Below, in pieces: positions 47,877 through 56,630 of a stretch of 64,000 nt of DNA. Numbering within the stretch: position 1 is the stretch's first letter; the number at the start of each line of letters is the position of its first letter. The notes under the pieces are model-generated. The model made no database searches, was not told the origin of the DNA, and worked only from the letters and a program-made list of their open reading frames with translations. Where the stretch lies: the NCBI GenBank assembly GCA_946500695.1, contig CAMMWS010000002.1, positions 1,607 through 65,606 of the forward strand, in the 5' to 3' direction. The position numbers were made by a program, and so were the translations under genes. The stretch comes from an uncultured Mycoplasmatota bacterium. Lineage in GTDB: Bacteria; Bacillota_I; Bacilli_A; RF39; UBA660.

Positions 47877-49415
47877 TTATAAATCATGCTCACTTAAAAA
47901 TTTTTCTTTATCTATTCTTTCAAACAGTATTTTAGGAGTACCAACCTCATACTTATTATCCTCTAAATAAGTATTATCTTCTTCCATATTATTAATTTGT
48001 CTTAATATTTCCTTACTAGTCTGTGGAATAGCAAAAGAAAGATTAATAGAACATACTCTAATAGATTCAAGTAAATTATATAAAACAGTCTCTAACCTGT
48101 CTTTACTATTTTCATCTTTAGCAAGTATCCAAGGAGTAGTTTCATCTATATACTTATTACTAGCTCTTAAAACTTCTAAAATTGAGTTTATCGCTTCAGA
48201 CACTGCTAACTTATCCATTGATTTATCAATATTACTACTTAAATTATTAATTTTATTAATAAACTCACTATCTAAGTCTTCATAAACTCCCTTATTATTA
48301 ACAACACCACCAAAATACTTATTAGCCATACTTATAGTACGTTGTACTAAATTACCCAAAGTATTAGCAAGATCACTATTAATTACATCTATTAGTAATT
48401 CATAAGTTAAATTACCATCATTAGCATAAGGAATCTCTTTAAGTAAATAATATCTAACTGCATCAACACCAAATAAATCTACTAAATCATCCGCGTATAT
48501 AACATTACCTTTACTTTTACTCATCTTATCATTATCTGTAAGTAACCAAGGATGACCAAATATTTTTTTAGGTAATGGTAAATCTAAAGCCATTAATATA
48601 ATAGGCCAATAAATAGTATGAAAACGTAAAATATCTTTTCCAATTAAATGCAAATCAGCTGGCCAAAGCTTTTTAAATAAATCACTACTACCTAGAGGGT
48701 CATATCCTATAAAAGTAATATAGTTTGTTAGAGCATCTATCCATACATAAATAACATGTTTAGGATCAAAAGTAACAGGAATACTCCATTTAAAAGTAGT
48801 TCTTGTAACACATAAATCTTGTAAACCAGGTTTTAAGAAATTATTAATCATTTCATTCTTACGAGACTCTGGTTCTATAAAATCATCATGCTCTTCAATA
48901 TATTTTAATAATCTATCCTGATATTTACTCATTCTAAAGAAATAAGCTTCTTCTTTTTGTTTCTGAACTTCTCTTCCACAATCAGGACATCTACCATCTT
49001 CTAATTGATTATCAGTAAAAAAAGATTCACAAGGAGTACAGTACCATCCTTCATATTCACCTTTATAAATATCACCTTGTTCATATAATTTATTAAATAT
49101 CTTTTGAACAACTTCTTTATGATGTTTATCAGTAGTTCTAACAAAATTATCATAACTAGTATCCATTAAGTCCCAGATTCTTTTAATCTCAGTAGCAATA
49201 GAATCAACAAATTCTTGAGGACTGGCTCCTGCTTCTTTCGCTTTAGTTTCTATTTTTAAACCGTGCTCATCTGTACCAGTCTGAAAATAAACATCATAGC
49301 CTTTACTTCTTTTATATCTTGCAATGGCATCTGCCAACACAACTTCATATGTATTACCAATATGAGGCTTTCCTGATGTATAACTTATAGCTGTTGTAAT
49401 ATAATATTTCTCCAT
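47877..49415 (-). CDS. metG: Methionyl-tRNA synthetase (short form)
   Basis: PHIGNTYE (HIGH), KMSKSKGN, zinc-knuckle CTPCESFF...CPDCGRE; 512 aa. Confidence 0.97.
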   Translation of the reverse strand: MEKYYITTAISYTSGKPHIGNTYEVVLADAIARYKRSKGYDVYFQTGTDEHGLKIETKAKEAGASPQEFVDSIATEIKRIWDLMDTSYDNFVRTTDKHHKEVVQKIFNKLYEQGDIYKGEYEGWYCTPCESFFTDNQLEDGRCPDCGREVQKQKEEAYFFRMSKYQDRLLKYIEEHDDFIEPESRKNEMINNFLKPGLQDLCVTRTTFKWSIPVTFDPKHVIYVWIDALTNYITFIGYDPLGSSDLFKKLWPADLHLIGKDILRFHTIYWPIILMALDLPLPKKIFGHPWLLTDNDKMSKSKGNVIYADDLVDLFGVDAVRYYLLKEIPYANDGNLTYELLIDVINSDLANTLGNLVQRTISMANKYFGGVVNNKGVYEDLDSEFINKINNLSSNIDKSMDKLAVSEAINSILEVLRASNKYIDETTPWILAKDENSKDRLETVLYNLLESIRVCSINLSFAIPQTSKEILRQINNMEEDNTYLEDNKYEVGTPKILFERIDKEKFLSEHDL

Positions 49416-49427
49416 AATATTTCCTCC

Positions 49428-49655
49428 TTCAAAATAAAAAGATTTATCATTTCAAAAGGACGATAATAACCGTGGTACCACCTTTCTTTACAATAAACCT
49501 TGCATCTCATTCTAATTAACGCTTAGCACGTTCATACTTACATATCAATATGAAAGTTCAGAAGCCATATTTTATAGAAATTATCGCTTCTTTTCCACCA
49601 ACCAAGAAGTCTCTATAACTAAATAACTATAAAACTCTTCATCAAAACTTTTAAT
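49428..49655 (-). promoter_or_regulatory. T-box leader with Met (AUG) specifier upstream of metG
   Basis: Minus strand contains TGATGAAGAG (GA/K-turn), AGAGA, GGTTGGTGGAAA, a specifier-loop candidate AAAATATGGC (AUG = plus 49566-49568) and the T-box sequence AAGAAAGGTGGTACCACGG (plus 49470-49482), then a T-run before the GGAGGAA RBS. Confidence 0.8.
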
Positions 49656-49679
49656 AAAGCTAGTTTAACATAACGAAAT

Positions 49680-50219
49680 CTAATCTTCAAGATATTTTGA
49701 TAGAAAATTAGCAATTATTTGTACTATATGTTCATCTTCCTCAGTAAAACTTTTACTTTCTTCAACAACCATTAAAACTAAACCTATTGTTTCACCATCT
49801 GATAAAACTGGACTAAGAATATATTTATATTCAGTAACCGTATCTTTATTATCAACAAGTTCTCTGGCTAGACTAGAACTTTTAACTAAGTTTTCCGTTT
49901 GAAATAAATATTCTTCTAATTTAGTAGAAATATTAAAACCGCAAAAATCTTTTTTTAATTTACCACTACCTGCTACAAACTTATCACGATCTGTAACAAA
50001 AATACTTTTATTAATAGTTATATAAATAGTATCAAGTAAAGACTGTGCTATTTCACTTAAATCTGCACTAGTAGAAAATTTTTTCAAGCTAATAGTTTCT
50101 TTATCAACAAAAAACTCTAAAGATTCACCATCTCTGATTCTAAGAGATTTTCTAATATCTTTAGGAATAACTATTCTTCCCAAATCATCAATTCTTCTTA
50201 CTACACCTGTTGTCTTCAT
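49680..50219 (-). CDS. spoVT: Stage V sporulation protein T (AbrB-type N-terminal domain plus GAF-like domain)
   Basis: Start at ATG 50217-50219 after GGAAGGAG. MKTTGVVRRIDDLGRIVIPKDIRKSLRIRDGESLEFFVD is the SpoVT/AbrB swapped-hairpin motif. Confidence 0.9.
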   Translation of the reverse strand: MKTTGVVRRIDDLGRIVIPKDIRKSLRIRDGESLEFFVDKETISLKKFSTSADLSEIAQSLLDTIYITINKSIFVTDRDKFVAGSGKLKKDFCGFNISTKLEEYLFQTENLVKSSSLARELVDNKDTVTEYKYILSPVLSDGETIGLVLMVVEESKSFTEEDEHIVQIIANFLSKYLED

Positions 50220-50372
50220 AATCGCTCCTTCCTTTACAGTAGTATTGTTCCAATATCTGCCCATTTTATACCATCTAAATTATGCTATCTAATGATATTA
50301 TAAACATAAGAAGGAGTTTTTTTCCTTGGTAATTATTTCCAGTTAAAAAAATAAGCATAAAAAAACACTCAT

Positions 50373-51011
50373 CTAATCAAATAAATGAGAATTTTCTTTT
50401 GTAAAAACAAATCTTTCTACCTGCTCTTTTAAACTATTAAGAAGTATTGTATCTTTAACCAATATTTTCATATCAATAGTCTCTAATATTTGTTTAACAT
50501 AGGTTGTTTGTAAAAACTTAGTAGCATCTTTTTTAAAGTTAGAATTACTATCTTTAACAATTAAATCCAAATTACTTATAAGTTTTTCTTTAACAAGACT
50601 AGTAAGAACTTGTTTCTCTTCTTTTTTCGCTTCTTTATTAAACTTAACCAATTCTTTCTTTAAATTTTTAACTAAGTCCATTGGCTTATCATCATCAAAC
50701 TTAGAATAATTATCTTCTATTAATTTTATTCTTTTCTTAAAAATATTTCTAAACTTCTTCTTTAATTCTTCTTTATAACTAATTAAAACTTCATTAAACA
50801 TATCACTATTTAAAATTAAATTATTATGTTTAGCAATATTAAGAACTCTTTGTTTCACTGTATCCATCGCTTCAAGTGGTACTTCTATAACTCCATTAAT
50901 AATATCATCTTCTATTAAAGAATTAGTATTATTAGTAGCAAGTTCTAATCCTGCTGTCATTAATATTTGTTTATGCTGTTTTAAAATATCCTCTTTAACC
51001 ACTACTATCAT
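50373..51011 (-). CDS. Hypothetical helical, Lys/Glu-rich protein
   Basis: No recognisable motifs. Start ambiguous: ATG 51009-51011 is 2 nt after GGAGG, and GTG 51000-51002 is also possible. Confidence 0.4.
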   Translation of the reverse strand: MIVVVKEDILKQHKQILMTAGLELATNNTNSLIEDDIINGVIEVPLEAMDTVKQRVLNIAKHNNLILNSDMFNEVLISYKEELKKKFRNIFKKRIKLIEDNYSKFDDDKPMDLVKNLKKELVKFNKEAKKEEKQVLTSLVKEKLISNLDLIVKDSNSNFKKDATKFLQTTYVKQILETIDMKILVKDTILLNSLKEQVERFVFTKENSHLFD

Positions 51012-51061
51012 AGCCTCCAATTCTATTAATAAGTATAAGAAGATAAAATGTTTTAGTCAAG

Positions 51062-51089
51062 AGACAAAAGAAAAAGAGCCTAAGCTCTT
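51062..51089 (-). terminator. Rho-independent terminator after the 51088-51753 gene
   Basis: Minus strand: AAGAGC TTAG GCTCTT TTTCTTTTG; overlaps the stop codon. Confidence 0.65.
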
Positions 51090-51753
51090 ATCTATAACTA
51101 TTCTTTAAAAAGTTTGAATAAACTTTAGATTCAGTATCAATATATTCTCTATATTCAGATATATCATAAGCAAGTTTTTCAATTTCACCATTCTCATCGA
51201 TAAGTGGAACTATTAAGTCATAACCAGCTAACCTTTTTATTTCTAAAGGCATTAACATAAGTCTAGAGCGAAGTTTATTTTGCACTTTAATATAAATACA
51301 AACACCTTCATAAATTAAATACTTAACTCTCTTATGAGGAGAATTATCATACATTTCTTTTGCAGCATCTTTATCAAGCTCATAAAAATCAGAAAAGCTT
51401 TTATCCGCCTTAATACCTAGTTCTTCTTTAGAAGATAAAAGTGGTAAGAAGGAAATATCAATGCTATTAAAATATTCTTTTTTAAGTTCTATACCATCTG
51501 CTTCCATCAAAGTTCTAAGTGTATAAACAATAGTCACTAAATCTATTACTTTTATATTATCTATACAATATTTTCCCTTTAATAATGGATTAGCTATGCA
51601 AAGCCTAACATTATTATCATCAATAGCTTCAACCGAACAAATAGTTTTTAACAAATCGTTATACAATATATTAAATCTTTCATTTTCACCAATATAAACA
51701 GAAGCAAAATCTCTTTCTAACATTTCTTTAATAATTGTATCATATTCAGCCAC
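51088..51753 (-). CDS. Hypothetical protein, paralogue B of the mfd-downstream pair
   Basis: GTG start 4 nt after GGGAGAGAGG. The N-terminal ~80 aa align by eye with 52097-52672 (FASVYIGENERFNILYNDLLKTICSVE vs FHGVYLDDNDFFAVYYNDEIKTLCSIE). The C-terminal halves are unrelated. Confidence 0.5.
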   Translation of the reverse strand: MAEYDTIIKEMLERDFASVYIGENERFNILYNDLLKTICSVEAIDDNNVRLCIANPLLKGKYCIDNIKVIDLVTIVYTLRTLMEADGIELKKEYFNSIDISFLPLLSSKEELGIKADKSFSDFYELDKDAAKEMYDNSPHKRVKYLIYEGVCIYIKVQNKLRSRLMLMPLEIKRLAGYDLIVPLIDENGEIEKLAYDISEYREYIDTESKVYSNFLKNSYR

Positions 51754-51781
51754 AAAACCTCTCTCCCTTCATTTGCCACAT

Positions 51782-51810
51782 ATTATACACTATTTTATTC
51801 AATATGTAAA
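51782..51810 (-). promoter_or_regulatory. Near-consensus sigma-A promoter (TTTACA-17-TATAAT) for the 51088-51753 gene
   Basis: -10 = reverse complement of 51782-51787; -35 = reverse complement of 51805-51810. Confidence 0.65.
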
Positions 51811-51816
51811 GAAAAC

Positions 51817-52038
51817 TTAACCTACCATACTAGACAACAAGGCAACTAAATAATAGATAGGATGCTTCTCTAATTTAACAATATCTAAGATAATAGTTAA
51901 ATCATTTTCTCTACTCTTAAATCTAAACATAGGTGTAATAGTATAAGCATTCATAAATAAATCTTCTGTATTTAACTTACTAGTAGCATCTCTATTAAAG
52001 TAAAGTTCAATAGTGTTTTTAGTCTCACTAACTTTAGT
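51817..52038 (-). pseudogene. Orphan duplicate of the mfd 3' end (about 73 codons, no start)
   Basis: Ends ...ALLSSMVG* versus authentic ...ALLSSMVS*. Near-identical to 52737-52958. Confidence 0.8.
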
Positions 52039-52096
52039 TGTACTTTCTTTCTTAACAAATTATTCAAAATAAACAAAAAGAAAATAACAAATTATA

Positions 52097-52672
52097 TTAT
52101 TTTCCTCTTAAAATTCTGTTTACAAAAGAATTACCATTTTTTTGATAATAACTAATATTACAATCTATCATAGATTTTACTTCATATGGCATTTGTTCTA
52201 ATCTTGACACTTTAAGTTTTTCTATTAAATTATTTTCAGATTCATCAAACCTCGCACATTTTAAAAGAAGCCATAACTCAGCATCCATATCAAAAGCAGC
52301 TTCAGGAAAATCAAAATTTTCTATACTAATATCTCTTTTTTTCGCTACTATTTCATCAATTTCTTTTTCTGATACAATATGTGCTCTTGAAATAGGTAAC
52401 TTACTATCATCCCTAGGAATTTGTCTTTTCCTTAACATAAATACTATTCCAGATAATAAATTAATATCTTGAATAAATAAACTTTGATTTAAATATGGAC
52501 TATCAAGATAACATAAAATTTTTCCATGATAATCTTCAATAGAACAAAGTGTTTTTATTTCATCATTATAATAAACTGCAAAAAAATCATTATCATCTAA
52601 ATAAACTCCATGAAAACCTAATTCATTTAACTTTAGCGCAGCTGTCATAAGAAAATTATATTTTTCTTTCAC
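52097..52672 (-). CDS. Hypothetical protein, paralogue A of the mfd-downstream pair
   Basis: GTG start 4 nt after GGGAGAGAGG; 191 aa; N-terminal domain shared with 51088-51753. Confidence 0.5.
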   Translation of the reverse strand: MKEKYNFLMTAALKLNELGFHGVYLDDNDFFAVYYNDEIKTLCSIEDYHGKILCYLDSPYLNQSLFIQDINLLSGIVFMLRKRQIPRDDSKLPISRAHIVSEKEIDEIVAKKRDISIENFDFPEAAFDMDAELWLLLKCARFDESENNLIEKLKVSRLEQMPYEVKSMIDCNISYYQKNGNSFVNRILRGK

Positions 52673-52958
52673 AAAACCTCTCTCCCTTCATTTGCAACAT
52701 ATTATACACTTTTTTCTTTCATTTGTAAAGGAAAACTTAACTCACCATACTAGATAACAAAGCAACTAAATAATAGATAGGATGCTTCTCTAATTTAACA
52801 ATATCTAAAATAATAGTTAAATCACTTTCTCTACTCTTAAATCTAAACATAGGTGTAATAGTATAAGCATTCATAAATAAATCTTCTGTATTTAACTTAC
52901 TAGTAGCATCTCTATTAAAGTAAAGTTCAATAGTGTTTTTAGTCTCACTAACTTTAGT
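52670..52958. repeat. 289-bp direct repeat, copy B (authentic mfd 3' end plus downstream promoter/RBS)
   Basis: See copy A. Confidence 0.9.
52701..52729 (-). promoter_or_regulatory. Near-consensus sigma-A promoter (TTTACA-17-TATAAT) for the 52097-52672 gene
   Basis: -10 = reverse complement of 52701-52706; -35 = reverse complement of 52724-52729. Lies directly after the mfd stop. Confidence 0.65.
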
Positions 52959-55900
52959 AACACCCACTTGTTTAACAAGTTTCTCAAACCACTCTTCATA
53001 CATATAAACAATAATATCTTCACTAAGTTTACCAAATCTATCCTCTAAAACACTTCTAACTTCTTCAAGCTTCTCTTTACTATCTATTTCATTAATCATT
53101 CTATGAATCATAATCTTAAGATCATCATCAGTTACATAATCATCACTAATATGAGTAGATACATTAAGTAATGTTTTATTAGTTTCTTCCTCTTGTTCTT
53201 CCTCTACAACATTACCTTTAAGACGTTCTACTTCTTCATTAAGCATCTTTAAATAAAGGTCAATACCAACACTATCAATAAAACCTGCTTGTTTACTACC
53301 TAAAATATCTCCTGCCCCTCTAATAGATAAATCACGAGTTGCAATAGAAAAACCACTACCTAACTCTGTAAACTCTTTAATAACTTTTAAACGTTTTTCA
53401 GCAGTCTCAGTTAATACTTTATGTTCTTGATACATTAAGTAACAATAAGCGATTTTATTACTACGACCAACTCTACCTCTTATCTGATATAACTGAGCAA
53501 GTCCAAATCTATCAGCATCTAAAATAATTAACGTATTAACATTAGGAATATCTATACCAGTTTCTATTATAGTCGTACATACTAAAACATCTGCCTCATG
53601 ATCAATAAATTGTTGCATTACATCTTCAATTTTAGTCTTATCCATCCTACCATGAGCATAAATAACTCTAGCACTAGGAACAAGATTCTCTATCTCCATT
53701 ACTTCTTGTTCAATATTTTCTACATTATTAAATAATAGAAATACTTGTCCATCACGAGACATCTCTTTCATTATCGCTTCTTTAACAAGTTGTTTATTAT
53801 AACCAATAACATAAGTCTGTATAGGATATCGATCTCTTGGTGGAGTCTCTATTAAAGATAAACTTCTAATACCTGCAATAGACATTTGTAAAGTTCTTGG
53901 AATTGGTGTAGCCGTTAAAGTTAAAACATCTACAGTACTCTTATACTGTTTTAGTTTTTCTTTATGTTTAACTCCAAATCTCTGCTCTTCATCAATAATT
54001 AATAATCCTAAATCTTTAGGTCTAATATCATCACTAAGAATTCTATGTGTACCAATAACAAAATCTATTGTTCCTTCTCTTAACTCTTCAATGATTCTAT
54101 TACGTTCCCTTGTACTAGTAAATCTATTTAAAAGCCCAATATTAACAGGAAAGTCTTTAAATCTCTCTAAAGCATTCTTATAATGTTGACTAGAAAGAAT
54201 CGTTGTCGGACATAAAAGTAATACTTGCTTATTATCCATAATCGCTTTAAAGGCTGCTCTAAAAGCAACTTCTGTCTTACCAAAACCAACATCTCCTACT
54301 AATAATCTATCCATAGGAGACACTTTCTCCATATCTTCTTTTATCTGTTTAGCAGCAAGTAACTGGTCATTTGTTGCAACATAAGGAAAAGCATCTTCAA
54401 ACTCTTTTTGTAACTCATTATCAGAAGAAAAAGCAAAACCCTTTTGTCTTTCACGCTCAGCTTGAACTCTTAATAAGTCATTAGCCATATCTTGGACTTT
54501 ACTTTTAACTCTACTTTTTACTTTTTCCCACTCTTTACCACCAAGTTTATAAATAGTAGGACGAACACCCTCCTTACCAGTATATTTATAAAGCATATCA
54601 ATCTTTTCAACAGGAATATAAAGCTTATCATTACCCTGATATAAAACTTCTATATAATCTTTAAGTACACCTTGTTGTTCTAAAGTCTTTAACCCATTAT
54701 AAATACCAATACCATTAACTTGATGAACAACATAGTCTCCAATCTCTAATTTATTTAAATCAGTTATCTTTGTATTATATTTAAACTTAGTCTTATATCT
54801 CTTAACCTTCTCATTGTTTTTAAATAACTCTCTACCCGTTAAAAAGATATAATTTTTATACTGAAAACCACTATCTAATCCAAATGAAACTAAATTAAGC
54901 TTATTAGGATAAATCTCTTCCATAGTTGTATCCATTATAGGTAAAGATATCTTACTTCTAAAACTATGTAACTGATAATCTTTTAAACAAACAATAACAG
55001 TATAATTAGCATATAACTTTTCTCTAATATATTTAGTAATACCTTCTATATCATCATTAAATAAAGGTAGCTCCTTACTATTAAAATTAATAACCTTTAA
55101 AGACTTATCTAAATTATCTACAGTTAAATAATGTAGAGCATTATTTTCATAGATATCATCAAAATCAAACATATAACTTCCTTTAAAGTCTATGTCTTTC
55201 TCTTCCCTATACTCTAACATATCAGTACATATCTGCTTATAATTTATTAACATTGAACTCTTATCTTTATAAATAGTAATATGATTATCTAAATAACCAC
55301 CAATATTAGTGACATCACCGTATTCACTTAAATATTTAGTACTTCTCTTTTCTTCATCTATAAAAGTATCATTAGAAAATATTTCTGTATAAGGATATAT
55401 ATCTACACTATTTATTTCACTCAAAGACTTTTGACTTTTACCATCAAAGTATCTAATAGAATCTATTGTATCGCCAAAAAACTCTAATCTTATAGGATTA
55501 GATTCACCTAATGGAAAAATATCTATAACAAACCCTCTAACACCAATTTCACCGGTCTTAGTAACTAAAGTAGTTCGCTCATATCCAATATTAGTAAGTT
55601 TTTTAACTAATTCTTTAGGACTAATCTCATCATTAACTTTTAAAGATAAAGTACTCTTTAAATATTCTTTTTTTAAAGGTAAATATCTTAAATATCCCAT
55701 TAAGTTAGTAATAACTATCGAAGGCTTATCACTACTTACTTCTTTTAATGTCTCAAGTCTAGTAACCATTAAATCAGGACTAATAGCCATCGCTTCACTA
55801 GTTAAAAAGTCATCCATCGGAAACAAATATACATTATCTGTATAATTACTAATACTTCTATATAAACTATTAGACTCTACTAAATTAGAAGTAACTATCA

Positions 55901-56021
55901 AAATATTTTTATTATTATCATAAAGCTTATTTACATAAACAGCAAAAAGCTCTTCAGTCATCCCTGTAAGAGCGATATCTTTATCATAAATTTTCTCAAA
56001 GAAGTTATCAAATACTTTCAT
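52737..56021 (-). CDS. mfd: Transcription-repair coupling factor
   Basis: 1094 aa with UvrB-homology N-terminus, CarD/TRCF RNAP-interacting domain (GDYVVHQVNGIGIY), and DEAD/DEAH helicase motifs GDVGFGKT, DEEQRFG and QLYQIRGRVGRS. Confidence 0.97.
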   Translation of the reverse strand: MKVFDNFFEKIYDKDIALTGMTEELFAVYVNKLYDNNKNILIVTSNLVESNSLYRSISNYTDNVYLFPMDDFLTSEAMAISPDLMVTRLETLKEVSSDKPSIVITNLMGYLRYLPLKKEYLKSTLSLKVNDEISPKELVKKLTNIGYERTTLVTKTGEIGVRGFVIDIFPLGESNPIRLEFFGDTIDSIRYFDGKSQKSLSEINSVDIYPYTEIFSNDTFIDEEKRSTKYLSEYGDVTNIGGYLDNHITIYKDKSSMLINYKQICTDMLEYREEKDIDFKGSYMFDFDDIYENNALHYLTVDNLDKSLKVINFNSKELPLFNDDIEGITKYIREKLYANYTVIVCLKDYQLHSFRSKISLPIMDTTMEEIYPNKLNLVSFGLDSGFQYKNYIFLTGRELFKNNEKVKRYKTKFKYNTKITDLNKLEIGDYVVHQVNGIGIYNGLKTLEQQGVLKDYIEVLYQGNDKLYIPVEKIDMLYKYTGKEGVRPTIYKLGGKEWEKVKSRVKSKVQDMANDLLRVQAERERQKGFAFSSDNELQKEFEDAFPYVATNDQLLAAKQIKEDMEKVSPMDRLLVGDVGFGKTEVAFRAAFKAIMDNKQVLLLCPTTILSSQHYKNALERFKDFPVNIGLLNRFTSTRERNRIIEELREGTIDFVIGTHRILSDDIRPKDLGLLIIDEEQRFGVKHKEKLKQYKSTVDVLTLTATPIPRTLQMSIAGIRSLSLIETPPRDRYPIQTYVIGYNKQLVKEAIMKEMSRDGQVFLLFNNVENIEQEVMEIENLVPSARVIYAHGRMDKTKIEDVMQQFIDHEADVLVCTTIIETGIDIPNVNTLIILDADRFGLAQLYQIRGRVGRSNKIAYCYLMYQEHKVLTETAEKRLKVIKEFTELGSGFSIATRDLSIRGAGDILGSKQAGFIDSVGIDLYLKMLNEEVERLKGNVVEEEQEEETNKTLLNVSTHISDDYVTDDDLKIMIHRMINEIDSKEKLEEVRSVLEDRFGKLSEDIIVYMYEEWFEKLVKQVGVTKVSETKNTIELYFNRDATSKLNTEDLFMNAYTITPMFRFKSRESDLTIILDIVKLEKHPIYYLVALLSSMVS

Positions 56022-56023
56022 AG

Positions 56024-56587
56024 TTACCCCTTTCTATTATATTTACTCATCAAAGAGGTAAAGTCCATTACAAAATAATCATCTAAAACATTAACTAAGG
56101 TATCAAACATTGCATCTATCTCATTTAATTCTTTTTTACTAAACTTAGATAACACATAATTAATAACATCATCTTTATCATTAGAAATACCTACTCTAAG
56201 TCTTTTAAAACCATCAGTTCCAAGATGAGAGATAATACTCTTTAAGCCATTATGACCCCCACTACTTCCATTCCTTCTTAATCTAAATTTACCTAAATCC
56301 AAATCAAGATCATCACTAATAACTAAGATATCTTGAGCATTTAGTTTATAAAAGTCTAGAAAAGCACGAACAGCAATACCAGAATTATTCATATAAGTAG
56401 TCGGCTTAATAAAGATAACTTTCTCATTATTAATAGTAGTCTCTACATACATAGCATTAAACTTTTCTTTAAATTTATCTGTAATATTTTTATACTCTAA
56501 ATATCTATCTACTAACATAAATCCCATGTTATGTCTTGTATTTTCATATTCTTTTCCAATATTACCTAGCCCAACGATTAGTTTCAT
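56024..56587 (-). CDS. pth: Peptidyl-tRNA hydrolase
   Basis: MKLIVGLGNIGKEYENTRHNMGF and GGHNGLKSI motifs. Confidence 0.96.
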   Translation of the reverse strand: MKLIVGLGNIGKEYENTRHNMGFMLVDRYLEYKNITDKFKEKFNAMYVETTINNEKVIFIKPTTYMNNSGIAVRAFLDFYKLNAQDILVISDDLDLDLGKFRLRRNGSSGGHNGLKSIISHLGTDGFKRLRVGISNDKDDVINYVLSKFSKKELNEIDAMFDTLVNVLDDYFVMDFTSLMSKYNRKG

Positions 56588-56606
56588 AATGTTACCTCTT
56601 TTCTAA

Positions 56607-56630
56607 AAATTATTTCCCGGGAAATAATTT
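56607..56630. repeat. 24-bp perfect palindrome AAATTATTTCCCGGGAAATAATTT, copy 1 (rsmI-pth junction)
   Basis: Perfect dyad centred on CCC|GGG. Overlaps the rsmI stop by 2 nt. On the minus strand it is followed by TT, giving a terminator-like hairpin. Confidence 0.9.

Larger units (their letters stand above)
51751..52038. repeat. 288-bp direct repeat, copy A (about 95 percent identical by eye to 52670-52958)
   Basis: Covers the start codon, RBS and promoter plus a copy of the last ~222 nt of mfd. Similarity ends abruptly at 52038/52958. Confidence 0.9.

Noticed and set aside
56607-56630. The palindrome as inverted-repeat ends of an insertion sequence
   Set aside because: There is no transposase or other ORF associated with any copy. 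Copy 1 is a single isolated dyad in a 41-bp gap between rsmI and pth. It is kept as an unexplained repeat rather than called mobile.
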